Under the pieces are notes generated by a model, which saw only the letters and a program-made list of their open reading frames with translations, did not search any database and was not told the DNA's origin. A stretch of 17,850 nt of DNA from Thermoplasmata archaeon (GTDB taxonomy: Archaea; Thermoplasmatota; Thermoplasmata; Thermoplasmatales; ARK-15): contig JBAMMA010000018.1 of assembly GCA_039794005.1 (NCBI GenBank), positions 1-17,850 on the forward strand, in the 5' to 3' direction. Made by a program: the position numbers and the translations under genes. Of the stretch, positions 16,571 through 17,850 are shown piece after piece (the first letter of the stretch is position 1; the number at the start of each line of letters is the position of its first letter).

Positions 16571-17792
16571 ATTTTTTTATAAAAATGAAATTAAAGAACT
16601 GGATGTGGGAATTGAAGATGGTAAAATAAAGGAGATTAAAAAACATATTATTAGTAATGAAAGGCTGGAATTTTCTGAAGGTTTGATAATACCATCAATG
16701 CTTGATATCCACGTTCATTTTAGGGAACCCGGATATACATGGAAGGAGGATTTTGAGACAGGTTCATTATCCGCTTTACATGGAGGAGTCACATTTTATA
16801 TGGATATGCCAAATACAAATCCTCCTACCAATTCTTTTGAAAATTTTAGATACAAATATTTTTTAGCAAAAAGTAAAAGCTATGTAGATTTTGGAATTGC
16901 ATACCTTCTGGACAAAAAAGTGGATAAAGAGATTGAAAATTACGTTACTGCTTTCAAAATATATATGAGCGAAACAACAAACGTAAAGCCAATAAATCCT
17001 TTACTTATTCCTGAAATTGTTGAGAATATAAGTAAACACATAACTGTACATGCTGAATGGCAAGAATGTTTAAAAAAAGGAGAAGAAAAAAATTTGATAG
17101 AACACGATAGGAATAGACCTGAAACGTGCGAAATTATGGCAGTGAGATATTTGATTAATAATCTTAATAGAAGTGTTCATATTGCACATGTGAGTTCACC
17201 GGATACTGTCGATATTTCTATTGCAAAAAAATTTACTAAGGAGGTAACCCCACATCATATAATATTAAATAGAAATAGTCCTATAAACAGCTTTGGAAAG
17301 GTTAACCCACCACTTAGATCGTTGCATGTTTCAAAATTATTGTTCAAATACCTTTCAAATGGATTGATAGATATTGTTGCATCTGATCATTCACCACATA
17401 CGCTTGAAGAAAAAGAAAATTTTAACGATGCCCCATCTGGTCTGCCTAACGTAGAGACATCTTTGCCATTATTATTAATGGAATTCAAAAGGGGGAAGAT
17501 AAAATTGGAAAGATTAATAAATGCAGTTTCTGAAAAACCTGGGGAATTATTGAAGATAAATAAAGGAAAAATAGATGTAGGATATGATGCAGATTTTGTA
17601 ATATTTAGACTGTCATCTGAACGAAAAATAAGATCAAAGGATCTGCACTACAAATGTGGCTGGACTCCATATGAAAATATGGATGCAATATTTCCAGATT
17701 ATGTATTCATAAGGGGAGAGATGGCATTAAAAAATGGGGAGGAACTGATTGATCCGGGCTTTGGAATATATTATCCGGAAATTAAAATATAA
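16551..17792 (+). CDS. pyrC: Dihydroorotase
   Basis: DIHVHFREPG...KE....GS..A..GG, DMPNT.P, FKIYM, VHAE, HIAHVS, EVTPHH, KVNPPLR and ASDHSPH. Confidence 0.9.
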   Translation: MKVISGKFFYKNEIKELDVGIEDGKIKEIKKHIISNERLEFSEGLIIPSMLDIHVHFREPGYTWKEDFETGSLSALHGGVTFYMDMPNTNPPTNSFENFRYKYFLAKSKSYVDFGIAYLLDKKVDKEIENYVTAFKIYMSETTNVKPINPLLIPEIVENISKHITVHAEWQECLKKGEEKNLIEHDRNRPETCEIMAVRYLINNLNRSVHIAHVSSPDTVDISIAKKFTKEVTPHHIILNRNSPINSFGKVNPPLRSLHVSKLLFKYLSNGLIDIVASDHSPHTLEEKENFNDAPSGLPNVETSLPLLLMEFKRGKIKLERLINAVSEKPGELLKINKGKIDVGYDADFVIFRLSSERKIRSKDLHYKCGWTPYENMDAIFPDYVFIRGEMALKNGEELIDPGFGIYYPEIKI

Positions 17793-17850
17793 ATAAATAA
17801 TGCTTGCTGACATGGCGCATATTAAAATATAACAATTTTTATGATATTGG

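Noticed and set aside
1-17850. tRNA/rRNA genes, CRISPR array, long tandem repeats
   Set aside because: Intergenic gaps are short and AT-rich, with no GC-rich structured stretch or regularly spaced repeats seen by eye.

Overview
AT-rich, tightly packed archaeal chromosome segment. The gene set (AMP phosphorylase, ADP-forming acetyl-CoA ligase alpha subunit, AMMECR1, archaeal EndoIV-like protein, GGTGA-type RBSs, BRE/TATA promoters) suggests Thermoplasmata; this is an inference. The left edge holds the 5' end of an IS481-like element missed by the ORF track and a decayed GT4 glycosyltransferase. Then come DUF167, HIT and moaB; fixCX divergent from dsrE-tusA; a nitrilase, GDPD and DUF47; acdA, a GNAT, AMP phosphorylase and a SAMP/MoaD protein; a minus-strand block (OsmC, ChrB-domain protein, DUF488 pseudogene, surface glycoprotein); a stand-alone GltD/SudA-like flavoprotein; and a coupled operon of EndoIV-like, hxlB, queE, AMMECR1 and pyrC. 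The most notable candidates are (1) an EndoIV-fold protein that has lost most Zn ligands and carries an inserted RCK_C/TrkA-C-like domain, heading the queE/AMMECR1 operon, and (2) a dsrE-tusA sulfur relay divergently paired with fixCX, with no ETF subunits in the window. No RNA genes or CRISPR array were seen. All family calls come from motif recognition by eye, not database searches.
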